NCBI GenBank assembly: GCA_037446635.1
Contig: JBBIIG010000004.1
Span: 18,943 to 82,942, forward strand
Source of the DNA: a bacterium
GTDB lineage: Bacteria; Zhuqueibacterota; Zhuqueibacteria; Oceanimicrobiales; Oceanimicrobiaceae
Length of the DNA: 64,000 nt
Reading direction: 5' to 3'
Shown here: in pieces, positions 55,757-64,000 of the stretch
Numbering within the stretch: position 1 is the stretch's first letter
Layout of the letters: each line of letters starts with the position of its first letter
Translations under genes and position numbers: made by a program
Notes under the pieces: model-generated
What the model was told of the DNA's origin: nothing
Seen by the model: the letters and a program-made list of their open reading frames with translations, nothing else
Database searches by the model: none

Positions 55757-56824
55757 TCAATTAATTTTATCTTTTAAAAATTCTCGGATAAATCGCGCGC
55801 GATAAACGTCGCGTTCTTCCGATTGCAAATTCCTTTTAAACACTTTTTGCAAATGCGCCGGCTGAACCAGCACCGTCAACTGATTTAAAGCGGCGCGGGT
55901 AATCTTTTTTAGAATTCCTGATTCCTTCCCCAGGCGAATCGCGGAAATTAGGTTCAGAGATTCCAACGTGCTCATCATGCGGGCGTTGGTCAAAAGTCCG
56001 ATCGCCCGATAAACGGAATCTTCCAATTTGAGCTTGTCGTTGGCGGCCAAATCTGCGCGCGCCGCCCGCTCCATCGCAACGATTTTTTCGGAGACGTCGA
56101 GCATGCGTTTGATGACCCCCTTTTCCGTCAACCCCAGGGTGAGCTGGTTGGAGATTTGAAAAATGTTTCCCACGGAATCGCTGCCCTCGCCGTAAAATCC
56201 GCGCACGGCAATTTCCGAGGTGGGCAAATCATTCAAAACTTTGTTGATTTTTTCGCTGAGCGCCAGCGCCGGCAAATGAATGAAGATCGAGACCCGCAGG
56301 CCGGTTCCGAGATTGGTGGGGCAGGCCGTCAGGTAACCAAATTGATTCGAGAAGGAAAATTCTAATTGTGCTCCCAATTCATCATCCACGGCGCTGATGA
56401 GCTTCCAGGCTTTCTGAATGCCCAAGCCGGCTTCCAGGGCCTGGATGCGCAGATGGTCTTCTTCGTTTACCATGATGCTGACCGCCTCTTCTGCAGACAC
56501 GATCAACAACGCCGGCTTTTTGCTGGCGACGAACTGCGGGCTGGCGAGGCGGCGTTCCACCAAAAATCGCGCCTCCAATTCCGTGAAGCGCCCGATCTCC
56601 AGGAAGCGGGCGCCGTCTAAAAGCTTGGAGTGATCGCAGGCGGACTTCACTTTTTCAATCACCCGATTCAACACGTCGCGATTGGCGCGGTTGGGAAAAG
56701 GCAGGCCTGCGAGGTTACGCGCCAGGCGGATGCGCGAAGAAATGATGACGTCCGAATACGCATCCTCATCGCTTAACCAATTTCCAAAATTAAATAAATC
56801 TTCTTTTGAGGTAGCCGGCTTCAT
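55757..56824 (-). CDS. mcsB: Protein arginine kinase McsB (ATP:guanido phosphotransferase)
   Basis: ..VIISSRIRLARNLAG.PFP.., phosphagen-kinase C-domain motifs. Directly upstream of clpC. Confidence 0.85.
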   Translation of the reverse strand: MKPATSKEDLFNFGNWLSDEDAYSDVIISSRIRLARNLAGLPFPNRANRDVLNRVIEKVKSACDHSKLLDGARFLEIGRFTELEARFLVERRLASPQFVASKKPALLIVSAEEAVSIMVNEEDHLRIQALEAGLGIQKAWKLISAVDDELGAQLEFSFSNQFGYLTACPTNLGTGLRVSIFIHLPALALSEKINKVLNDLPTSEIAVRGFYGEGSDSVGNIFQISNQLTLGLTEKGVIKRMLDVSEKIVAMERAARADLAANDKLKLEDSVYRAIGLLTNARMMSTLESLNLISAIRLGKESGILKKITRAALNQLTVLVQPAHLQKVFKRNLQSEERDVYRARFIREFLKDKIN

Positions 56825-57351
56825 CGCAACATTCCATTTTCCAGGTCGCTTTTATCGATCTCGCGCTCGGCGTCGCGAATAATATCCCGCAGCTGCGCCG
56901 CCTTTTCAAAATTTTCGGATTTGATCGCCCGTTCCAATTGCGTCCTGAAATTTTTAATCTTAGAATGATCGACGACGCGCCGAAACGATTTCGGGCAACT
57001 GCCGATGTGCTGGTTGCTGCCGTGAATGCGCCGCAATACCAGGTTTAAATCTTCCAAGAAAATATCGTAGCATTGGCCGCAGCCGAGGAGTCCGGTTTTC
57101 TCAAACGTTTCCCAGCTCGTGCCGCAGCCCGGACAGCGCCGCTTATCATTCGATTGTTCGCGCCGCAGAGTATACTCTCCCAGCAACTCGGCGATAAAAT
57201 TTCCAAACATCTGCGGCAGGGCGCTGAAGGGATTATCGACGCCCTTCTGTTCCGCGCAGTCCTTACACAAATTCACTTCGATTTTTTTGCCATTAATCGT
57301 GTGCGCGATTTTGATGGCCGCGCTGTTGACATGGCAGACCTGACACAGCAT
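56821..57351 (-). CDS. mcsA: McsA (activator of McsB; zinc-finger and UVR domain protein)
   Basis: ..CQVCHVN..CKDCAEQ.., ..CPGCGTSW..CGQCY.. Cys4 fingers. C-terminal UVR ..FEKAAQLRDIIR.. Confidence 0.8.
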   Translation of the reverse strand: MLCQVCHVNSAAIKIAHTINGKKIEVNLCKDCAEQKGVDNPFSALPQMFGNFIAELLGEYTLRREQSNDKRRCPGCGTSWETFEKTGLLGCGQCYDIFLEDLNLVLRRIHGSNQHIGSCPKSFRRVVDHSKIKNFRTQLERAIKSENFEKAAQLRDIIRDAEREIDKSDLENGMLR

Positions 57352-57352
57352 C

Positions 57353-58057
57353 TCAAACGATCTGATTTAGTTGTTCCCGTTTAATTTGGCCGTCAAACAA
57401 CTCAATTACTTTATCGGCATTTTCCGCCAGTTCAAGATTATGAGTTACAATTATGAATGTTCGATTATCCTTGCGGCTCAATTTCCACAGCAAATCGTGC
57501 AGCGCCTGGCTGTTGGCCTGATCAAGATTGCCCGAGGGCTCGTCGGCCAGCACAATTTTGGGATTGTTCATTAGCGCCCTGGCCACGGCCACGCGCTGCA
57601 GCTCGCCGCCGGATAACTCCCCGGGGCGATGGCTTAAACGGTGCTCCAAACCCACTTCACTCAATAAAAACCGCGCACGCACGCTAATTTCTTCCTTCGG
57701 TTTGCCGGCGATTAGAGCCGGCATCATCACGTTTTCCAACGCGCTGAACTCCGGCAGCAGATGATGAAACTGAAAAACGAAGCCCACGGTCTGGTTGCGA
57801 AAATGGGATAACTCGCTATCGCTAAAACCGTCGAGACTCGTGCCGTCGATCATCACGGCGCCGCTGGAGGGCCGATCTAATGCGCCGAGAATATGCAGCA
57901 GCGTGCTTTTACCCACGCCAGAGTGTCCGACGATGGCGACGATCTGGCCCTGGTTCACTTCCAAATTTATACCTTTAAGAACATGCACCCGGCGCGTTCC
58001 GGACTGATAAACTTTGTGGAGCCCGCGGGCCACCAAAATTGCGCCATTTGCTCTCAT
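57353..58057 (-). CDS. lolD: Lipoprotein-release ABC transporter ATP-binding protein LolD
   Basis: ..GHSGVGKSTLL.., ..LSGGELQRVAVARAL.., ..LADEPSGNLD.. Adjacent to LolC/E. Confidence 0.85.
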   Translation of the reverse strand: MRANGAILVARGLHKVYQSGTRRVHVLKGINLEVNQGQIVAIVGHSGVGKSTLLHILGALDRPSSGAVMIDGTSLDGFSDSELSHFRNQTVGFVFQFHHLLPEFSALENVMMPALIAGKPKEEISVRARFLLSEVGLEHRLSHRPGELSGGELQRVAVARALMNNPKIVLADEPSGNLDQANSQALHDLLWKLSRKDNRTFIIVTHNLELAENADKVIELFDGQIKREQLNQIV

Positions 58058-58058
58058 G

Positions 58059-59300
58059 CTACTCGTAACGGATGGCCTCCACCGGATCGAGCCGGGCGGC
58101 GCGGCGCGCCGGGTAAACCGTCGCCAGAAAACACAACGCAATAGCCGCCGCTGCGATCATAATAAAATCGCTTTGCTTCATTAAAATCGGCAGCGCGCTG
58201 ATAATATATACATCCGGCGGCAGCGAAAAAAACTGGTATTTTTCCTGCGCCCAACAGAGGGCGAACCCGATAGCACACCCCAGCGCCGTGCCCACCACGC
58301 CGCCAATCAACCCCTCGAACATAAAAATTTTCATGATGCTGGCAGAGGACGCGCCCATCGATTTTAAGATGCCGATCTCTTTGGTTTTCTCCAGCACGAT
58401 CATGATCAGCGTGCTCACAATGTTGAACGCCGCCACCATGATGATCAAACTAAGAATAATAAACGCCGCCCACTTTTCGATTTTCATCCACGAGAAAAGA
58501 TTTTTATTCATATCAAACCAAGTAATCGTGGCGTAAGGGTACCCTAACAATTGCTCGATGCGTTTTGAAACCGCTTCGGCCTGGTCGAGATCATCCAACT
58601 TGATTTCCAAACCGGTGACGGCGTCTTTCATATCGAACAGCTTCTGTGCTTCACGAAGCGAAATATAAGCAAAGACATCGTCAAATTCAAATATGCCAGT
58701 TTCAAAATAACCGGCGACCTCGAAGGTCTTCAAATTAGGAATTTTCGACATGATGGGCGAGATGCCGCTGGGGCTGAGAATTTGCACGCGGTCGCCCAAA
58801 CCCACCGTTAACTTGTCTGCCAGATACCGCCCTAACACAATGCCGGGCAGGGTGCGCTGTCCATTCGCGCCTTCGATTTCGCCGATGTTAAACGCGCCAA
58901 ACACCACGTCCTCTTCGATATCCGAAACCTCGCCGACGGTTTGAGGATCGACGCCCTTTATTACTACCCCCGATTTCTTGTTTTTGGAGATGATGAGGCC
59001 TTTTTCGTTGACGTACGGAGAAACGCCGATGATGTGCGGGAGATGGCGAATCCGCTCGCGCAGATTTTCGTGATCTTCCAGGCTTTCATAATGATATTTG
59101 CGCAGCTCGATGTGCGCGCCAAACCCGATGATGCGCGACCGCACTTCGCTTTCAAAGCCATTCATGATCGAGAGCACGACAATCAGCGCGGCCACGCCGA
59201 TCATCACCCCCAAAATGGAAATGTAATTAATCAAAGAGATGAAGCCGGTGCGGCGCTTGGAACGCAAGTAGCGATTGGCAATAAATAATTCGTAAGACAT
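58059..59300 (-). CDS. Lipoprotein-release permease LolC/LolE (FtsX/MacB-like)
   Basis: 413 aa. N-terminal TM, periplasmic MacB-like domain, C-terminal FtsX 3-TM bundle. Confidence 0.85.
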   Translation of the reverse strand: MSYELFIANRYLRSKRRTGFISLINYISILGVMIGVAALIVVLSIMNGFESEVRSRIIGFGAHIELRKYHYESLEDHENLRERIRHLPHIIGVSPYVNEKGLIISKNKKSGVVIKGVDPQTVGEVSDIEEDVVFGAFNIGEIEGANGQRTLPGIVLGRYLADKLTVGLGDRVQILSPSGISPIMSKIPNLKTFEVAGYFETGIFEFDDVFAYISLREAQKLFDMKDAVTGLEIKLDDLDQAEAVSKRIEQLLGYPYATITWFDMNKNLFSWMKIEKWAAFIILSLIIMVAAFNIVSTLIMIVLEKTKEIGILKSMGASSASIMKIFMFEGLIGGVVGTALGCAIGFALCWAQEKYQFFSLPPDVYIISALPILMKQSDFIMIAAAAIALCFLATVYPARRAARLDPVEAIRYE

Positions 59301-59308
59301 AATTTGCG

Positions 59309-60829
59309 CTATAAATTTTCCGGCCGCATGTGCGGAAATAAAATCACGTCGCGAATCGACGGCTGGTCGGTCAAAAGCATCACCAGGCGATCGACGCCAA
59401 TTCCCAGGCCCGCGGTGGGCGGCATGCCGTATTCCAGGGCGCGCAGGTAATCGTCGTCCAACATTTGCGCTTCCTCGTCTCCCAATTCCAACAGCTTTTT
59501 TTGCTCGAGAAAACGCTGGCGCTGATCCAGCGGGTCGTTCAATTCCGAAAAGGCGTTGCCGATTTCGCCGCCGGCGATGAACGGCTCGAAGCGCTCCACC
59601 AGCCGCGGATCGTCGCGGTGGCGCTTGGCCAGCGGCGACAACTCCACCGGGTAGTCCATCACGAACGTCGGCTGAATTAAATTGGGCTCGACTTTCTCGC
59701 TGAAAATCTCATCGACAATTTTGCCTTCCCGCCAAAACGGCTCGACTTTTATGCCCAGTTCTTCGGCGGCCTTTTTTAATTCAGCAAAATTTTTGCCGTA
59801 CAAATCTTTACCCGTGAATTCTTTGATCAAATCAAAAAGTTTGGCGCGCCGCCACGGCGGAGTTAAATCAATTTCCCGGCCCTGGTGGGTGATCTTCGCG
59901 GCGCCGCTGATCTGTTTTACAATATAACTGATCATCTCTTCCACCAAATTCATCATGAAGTGATAATCCTGGTACGCCACGTACAGCTCCATCATGGTGA
60001 ACTCGGGGTTGTGAAATCGATCCATGCCCTCGTTGCGAAAATCTTTGGAAATTTCGTACACGCCGTCGAAGCCGCCGACGATCAGCCGCTTCAAATACAG
60101 CTCGTCGGCGATGCGCAGGTACAAATTCATGTCGAGGGCGTTGTGGTGGGTGATGAACGGGCGCGCCGAGGCGCCGCCGTAAATCGGCTGCAGCACTGGC
60201 GTTTCCACTTCGAGATAGCCGCGTTCGTCCAAAAATTTTCTCATGGCGGAGACGATTTTCGCGCGCGTCACAAACACGCTGCGGACTTGTGGATTCACCA
60301 CCAAGTCCACGTAGCGCTGGCGGTAGCGCAGCTCTTTATCGGAAAAGGGATCGAACACGATTTTCTCGCCGCCCGCAATTTTTTCTTTGACGATGGGCAG
60401 CGGCCGCAGGGTTTTGGCCAGCAGTTTGAGATCGGAGGTTTTGATGGTCACTTCGTTGGTGCGGGTGAGAAAAACTTCGCCGCTCACGCCGACGATGTCG
60501 CCGATATCCAACAGGCCGAACAACTCGAAATTTTTCTCCCCCACTTCATCCTGGCGGACGTAAATTTGGATTTTGCCCTGGGCGTCCATCACGTGGCCAA
60601 AATAGACTTTGCCGTGCCCGCGGATGGACATCAGCCTGCCGCACACCGCAACGGTTTTGCCGAGAAAATTGGCAGAGTCGTCCAAGATATCTTTTGAAAA
60701 ATGGGTGCGCTCAAAATTGTAGGGATAGGGATTGACGCCGGCTGCCTGCAGTTGCTCCAGCTTGCGCCGGCGCGTGCGCATGACTTCGTTGAGGTCGTCG
60801 GTTTCGATGGGTGGTTTATTTTCTTGCAT
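59309..60829 (-). CDS. lysS: Lysine--tRNA ligase (class II)
   Basis: N-terminal OB anticodon-binding domain, class II motifs ..FRNEG.. and ..[13 protein letters not shown].. Confidence 0.9.
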   Translation of the reverse strand: MQENKPPIETDDLNEVMRTRRRKLEQLQAAGVNPYPYNFERTHFSKDILDDSANFLGKTVAVCGRLMSIRGHGKVYFGHVMDAQGKIQIYVRQDEVGEKNFELFGLLDIGDIVGVSGEVFLTRTNEVTIKTSDLKLLAKTLRPLPIVKEKIAGGEKIVFDPFSDKELRYRQRYVDLVVNPQVRSVFVTRAKIVSAMRKFLDERGYLEVETPVLQPIYGGASARPFITHHNALDMNLYLRIADELYLKRLIVGGFDGVYEISKDFRNEGMDRFHNPEFTMMELYVAYQDYHFMMNLVEEMISYIVKQISGAAKITHQGREIDLTPPWRRAKLFDLIKEFTGKDLYGKNFAELKKAAEELGIKVEPFWREGKIVDEIFSEKVEPNLIQPTFVMDYPVELSPLAKRHRDDPRLVERFEPFIAGGEIGNAFSELNDPLDQRQRFLEQKKLLELGDEEAQMLDDDYLRALEYGMPPTAGLGIGVDRLVMLLTDQPSIRDVILFPHMRPENL

Positions 60830-60913
60830 GATTTACTTTCGAATATGTGCGAATATAAAGACATTCGTATCGCTAACAGCACGTAATTTGTGCCGCAACC
60901 CAGTCCCTTCTAT

Positions 60914-61081
60914 CTATGTTTTTTGTTTTTGCTTTCTTTCTCTTTCCTTAACGCTGCAACCGTCTGGATAACTTTGATTTAATTTGCTCGATCTCTTCAA
61001 CAAGCTCTCCGTAGTTCTTTCGCTTCGGATCTGTTCCAAATCATTCCAAGCAGATACCGTCCAGATTACTCTTTTAGCCAT
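60914..61081 (-). pseudogene. Remnant of a RelE/ParE-family toxin gene (N-terminal ~16 codons recognisable, then degraded)
   Basis: MAKRVIWTVSAWNDLEQI.. then non-homologous low-complexity sequence and early stop. The ATG overlaps the stop of the upstream antitoxin by 16 nt, a typical TA arrangement. Confidence 0.35.
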
Positions 61082-61266
61082 TTGGCCATCCTTTGCTCAA
61101 CTTCCTCTTGGGTGAGCACACGGCCATCTTCAATATCCTTGATACCCTGCTCTATTTTGGCGCGCACAAAGATATGATACTGAATATCCTCAAATGAGGA
61201 ATCATCTGGGATACTGTCGGGTATTCTTCGGACTTCATCTTTTGCAGTACTCATTTTCGTCCTCAC
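61066..61266 (-). CDS. Orphan type II antitoxin-like protein (small helical addiction-module component)
   Basis: ..IFVRAKIEQGIKDIEDGRVLTQEEVEQRMAKWLKE. The start may be the ATG at 61254. Confidence 0.5.
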   Translation of the reverse strand: MRTKMSTAKDEVRRIPDSIPDDSSFEDIQYHIFVRAKIEQGIKDIEDGRVLTQEEVEQRMAKWLKE

Positions 61267-62399
61267 ACATTATTTTTAAAAACCCGCGGCACCCGCTCCG
61301 AAACCCAGCACGTCACCTCGTAGGGAATCGTATTCAGCCTTTCGGTGATTTCGTAAATGGTGATCTCCTCGCCGCCCTGCTGGCCCAGCAACACCACTTC
61401 GTCGCCAATTTGAATTTCGCTGCCAGTTCCGATATCCACCATGATTTGATCCATCGTTACCCGGCCAATCACCGGCCAGCGCCGGCCGCGAATCAAAACC
61501 TCCCCGCGATTGGAGAGCAGGCGATTGTAGCCGTCGGCGTACCCAATTGCTACCGTCGCAACCCTGGTTTTTTGACGGGCCTGGTACGTGCGATTATAAC
61601 TAATAAATGCGTCTTTTTCAACTTCTTTTATAAAAATCACCCGCGACTTGATGGACATCGCCGGGCGCAGGGAAAGGCTGCGGGCGGTTTCCGCGGCCGG
61701 ATAGTAACCGTAAAGACTGACGCCCGGCCGCACCATGTCAAAATAGGATTCCGGCAAATTCAAAATCGCGCCGCTGTTGGCCGCGTGTTTGAGCGGAATG
61801 CGGAGGCCCCGGTTTTCCAATTCCAAAATGATTTCTCGAAACCGCGCCAACTGGGTGTGCGAGTACGTAGGGTCGGCTTCGTCGGCGGAGGAGAGATGTG
61901 TATAAATTCCAACGATTTCGATATTCGTCAATTCACTCACCCACTCCACAAATTGCGGCGCCTCCTGCCAGGGCGCTCCCACCCTTCCCATGCCGGTATC
62001 GATTTTGATGTGCACGCGAGCGGGTTGGCTAGGGCTTGCCCGTTTAGAAAGAACGGCCGCGAGGCCGAGATCGTACAACGTCAACTCTAAATTATATTTC
62101 AGCGATTCGGCGATTTGATCTTCAAAAAATCCGCCGAGCACAAGGATGGGTTTTTCGATGCCCGCTTCCCGTAATTCCACCCCCTCTTCCACTCGCGCCA
62201 CTCCAAAATAATCGGCGCCGTGCGCGACCGCCGTTTTCGCCACCGCCGCGGCGCCGTGGCCGTAGGCGTTCGCTTTCACCACGGCCATCACTCCTGCCGG
62301 CGCGACCCGCTTTTTGATTTCTGTCAAATTATGAGCAATCGCGCCCAGGTCGATTTCTGCAATGGCTGCCCGGCTTTCAAACGGGAATTTCGTCTTCAA
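61263..62399 (-). CDS. alr: Alanine racemase
   Basis: ..VMAVVKANAYGHGA.. (PLP Lys), C-terminal beta-domain. Confidence 0.88.
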   Translation of the reverse strand: MKTKFPFESRAAIAEIDLGAIAHNLTEIKKRVAPAGVMAVVKANAYGHGAAAVAKTAVAHGADYFGVARVEEGVELREAGIEKPILVLGGFFEDQIAESLKYNLELTLYDLGLAAVLSKRASPSQPARVHIKIDTGMGRVGAPWQEAPQFVEWVSELTNIEIVGIYTHLSSADEADPTYSHTQLARFREIILELENRGLRIPLKHAANSGAILNLPESYFDMVRPGVSLYGYYPAAETARSLSLRPAMSIKSRVIFIKEVEKDAFISYNRTYQARQKTRVATVAIGYADGYNRLLSNRGEVLIRGRRWPVIGRVTMDQIMVDIGTGSEIQIGDEVVLLGQQGGEEITIYEITERLNTIPYEVTCWVSERVPRVFKNNV

Positions 62400-63511
62400 A
62401 AGAAATGGCCGCTTTGTTGTCTTTTTGTGAGAGAAACGCCAAAATAAAATCGTCGAGGTCGCCGTCCATCACCCGCTGAATGCTGCTGGTTTCGTGACCA
62501 GTGCGGTGATCCTTCACCAGCGTGTAGGGCTGAAAAACATACGAGCGGATCTGGCTGCCCCAGGCGATCTCCTTTTTGTTTTTCTCGAACTCCGAAAGCT
62601 TCGCTTCTTCCTCTTCCTTTTTCTTCTGATACAACCGCGCCGACAAAATTTTCATGGCGCTGCTTTTGTTTTTGTGCTGCGAGCGCTCGCTCTGGCACTG
62701 CACCACGATGCCGGTCGGAATGTGGGTGATGCGCACCGCGGAGCTGGTTTTGTTGACGTGCTGGCCGCCGGCGCCGCTGGCGCGGTAGGTGTCGATGCGC
62801 AAATCGTTGGGATCGATTTTGATTTCGACGTCGCTTTCGAGCTCCGGATAAACGAACACCGACGCAAACGAAGTGTGCCGCCGGGCGTTGGCGTCAAACG
62901 GGGAAATGCGCACGAGGCGGTGAACGCCGGCCTCGGCCTTCAAATAGCCATAAGCATATTTGCCGACGACTTCGATGGTCACGCTTTTGATGCCGGCCTC
63001 TTCGCCGTATTGCAGATCGAGAATATCGCTTTGGAAGCCTTTGTTTTCGATCCAGCGCAAGTACATGCGCATCAGCATCTGCGCCCAATCCTGCGATTCG
63101 GTACCGCCGGCGCCGGGGTGAATGGTCAGCAGCGCATTGCTGGCGTCGTCCTCGCCGTTCAACATATTTTCAAACTCGATCTCGTCGATACGCTTTTCGA
63201 GCTGGTTCAGATCGTCGGCAATTTCGGCAAAGGTTTTTTGATCGTTTTCCTGCTGGGCCAGTTCCAACAAAATTTGCAAATCCGAAAATCTCGAGGCCAA
63301 CTCGTTGTAAGTGTTCACGTGCTCGCGGTGGCCGCTGATTTCGCGCATCACCTGCTGGGCTTTTTCGTTATCGTCCCAAAAATTGGGTTCGGTTGATTTC
63401 TTTTCTAATTTCTGGATGATGGACGCGCGCGCCGCGACGTCAAAGACGCTCCTTTAAATGAGCGATGCGCTCGTCCAGTTGGTCTAATTTTTCTTTTAGC
63501 TCAGAATACAT
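62377..63511 (-). CDS. prfB: Peptide chain release factor 2 with a programmed +1 ribosomal frameshift
   Basis: Frame 0 gives MYSELKEKLDQLDERIAHLKERL. The CTT TGA C shift site is at 63445..63439, with an internal SD AAGGAG at 63454..63449. The +1 frame continues DVAARASIIQKLEKK...GGQHVNKT (GGQ), SPF-like motif. Confidence 0.88.
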
Positions 63512-63635
63512 AATTCCTCCGAAGGCTTCAGTTGAAAATTTTTGCGGTGAAATATACGACAAAATAAGCAGCTTGTCAAGCAGGTTGCGGAGGGGAGAAG
63601 GTTGGAGTAAAATTTGAGAAAATTTGATCGGAGTT

Positions 63636-64000
63636 CTACCCCACCAGCAGATCGCTCATCATCTTTTGCACCAATTGGATTTCATCGAAGTTGATGGTGT
63701 GCCCCAAGTTCGGATACAACCGCGCGGTTACCTCCGCGCCCAACTTTTTGAAAACTTCAGACGTTTCTAAAAAACGTTCTCGCGGAATATGAAAATCGGG
63801 ATCGCTGCAGCCGAGAAAAACCGGCGTGCCCGCGAAGGCGCCGGCGTAATCGCGCGGCGTTCCCGCCGGCCCAATCAGCCCGGCGCTCAAACCAACGAGC
63901 CCACCGTAGCGCTGCGCATGGCGGGCCGCAAATTCCAACGCCAAACATCCACCCTGAGAAAATCCCAGCAGCATCACCCGCTGAGGTGGAATGCCGGCAG
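63636..64000 (-). CDS. Alpha/beta-hydrolase (phospholipase/carboxylesterase family). The gene runs off the window end (5' end missing)
   Basis: The frame is open to the window end. Nucleophile elbow ..LLGFSQGG.. Confidence 0.7.
   Translation of the reverse strand, partial: AGIPPQRVMLLGFSQGGCLALEFAARHAQRYGGLVGLSAGLIGPAGTPRDYAGAFAGTPVFLGCSDPDFHIPRERFLETSEVFKKLGAEVTARLYPNLGHTINFDEIQLVQKMMSDLLVG

Overview
This is a 64-kb chromosomal window from a GC-rich bacterium. Most genes look roughly 58-62% GC by eye; nothing was computed. Two secreted proteins carry type IX secretion (T9SS) C-terminal sorting domains, which points to the FCB superphylum. Coding density is high, about 60 genes, with an uninterrupted minus-strand block from 11.4 to 25.3 kb. 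(i) Fatty-acid and propionate catabolism: a partial fadJ-like multifunctional enzyme, a FadR/YsiA-like TetR repressor with a TGAATGA-N4-TCATTCA operator, propionyl-CoA carboxylase subunits, a split methylmalonyl-CoA mutase and MeaB. (ii) A sulfur-carrier cysteine biosynthesis operon (CysM, JAMM/Mec+, CysO-MoeZ fusion). It is preceded by what looks like a textbook ribosome-mediated attenuator with a Cys-rich leader peptide. (iii) Housekeeping genes: recQ, lysS, prfB with its programmed +1 frameshift, alr, lolCD, mcsA-mcsB-clpC, an NhaC antiporter, ALDH, two-component systems and a Ser/Thr kinase. (iv) Several lower-GC insertions. These are a GIY-YIG gene flanked by decayed copies, a two-gene cassette fused to the tetR stop codon, a roughly 5.6-kb island (XRE, AraC regulator with an in-frame TGA, TolB-like lipoprotein, T9SS subtilase), a HEPN/MNT pair, a second small two-gene cassette, and an orphan antitoxin with a toxin remnant. 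(v) An OLD-like ABC ATPase lacking a Toprim domain, translationally coupled to a DmpA/S58 peptidase. No rRNA, tRNA or CRISPR array was seen. All calls come from reading the sequence and ORF translations by eye. No database searches were run, so family names are motif-based and hedged.
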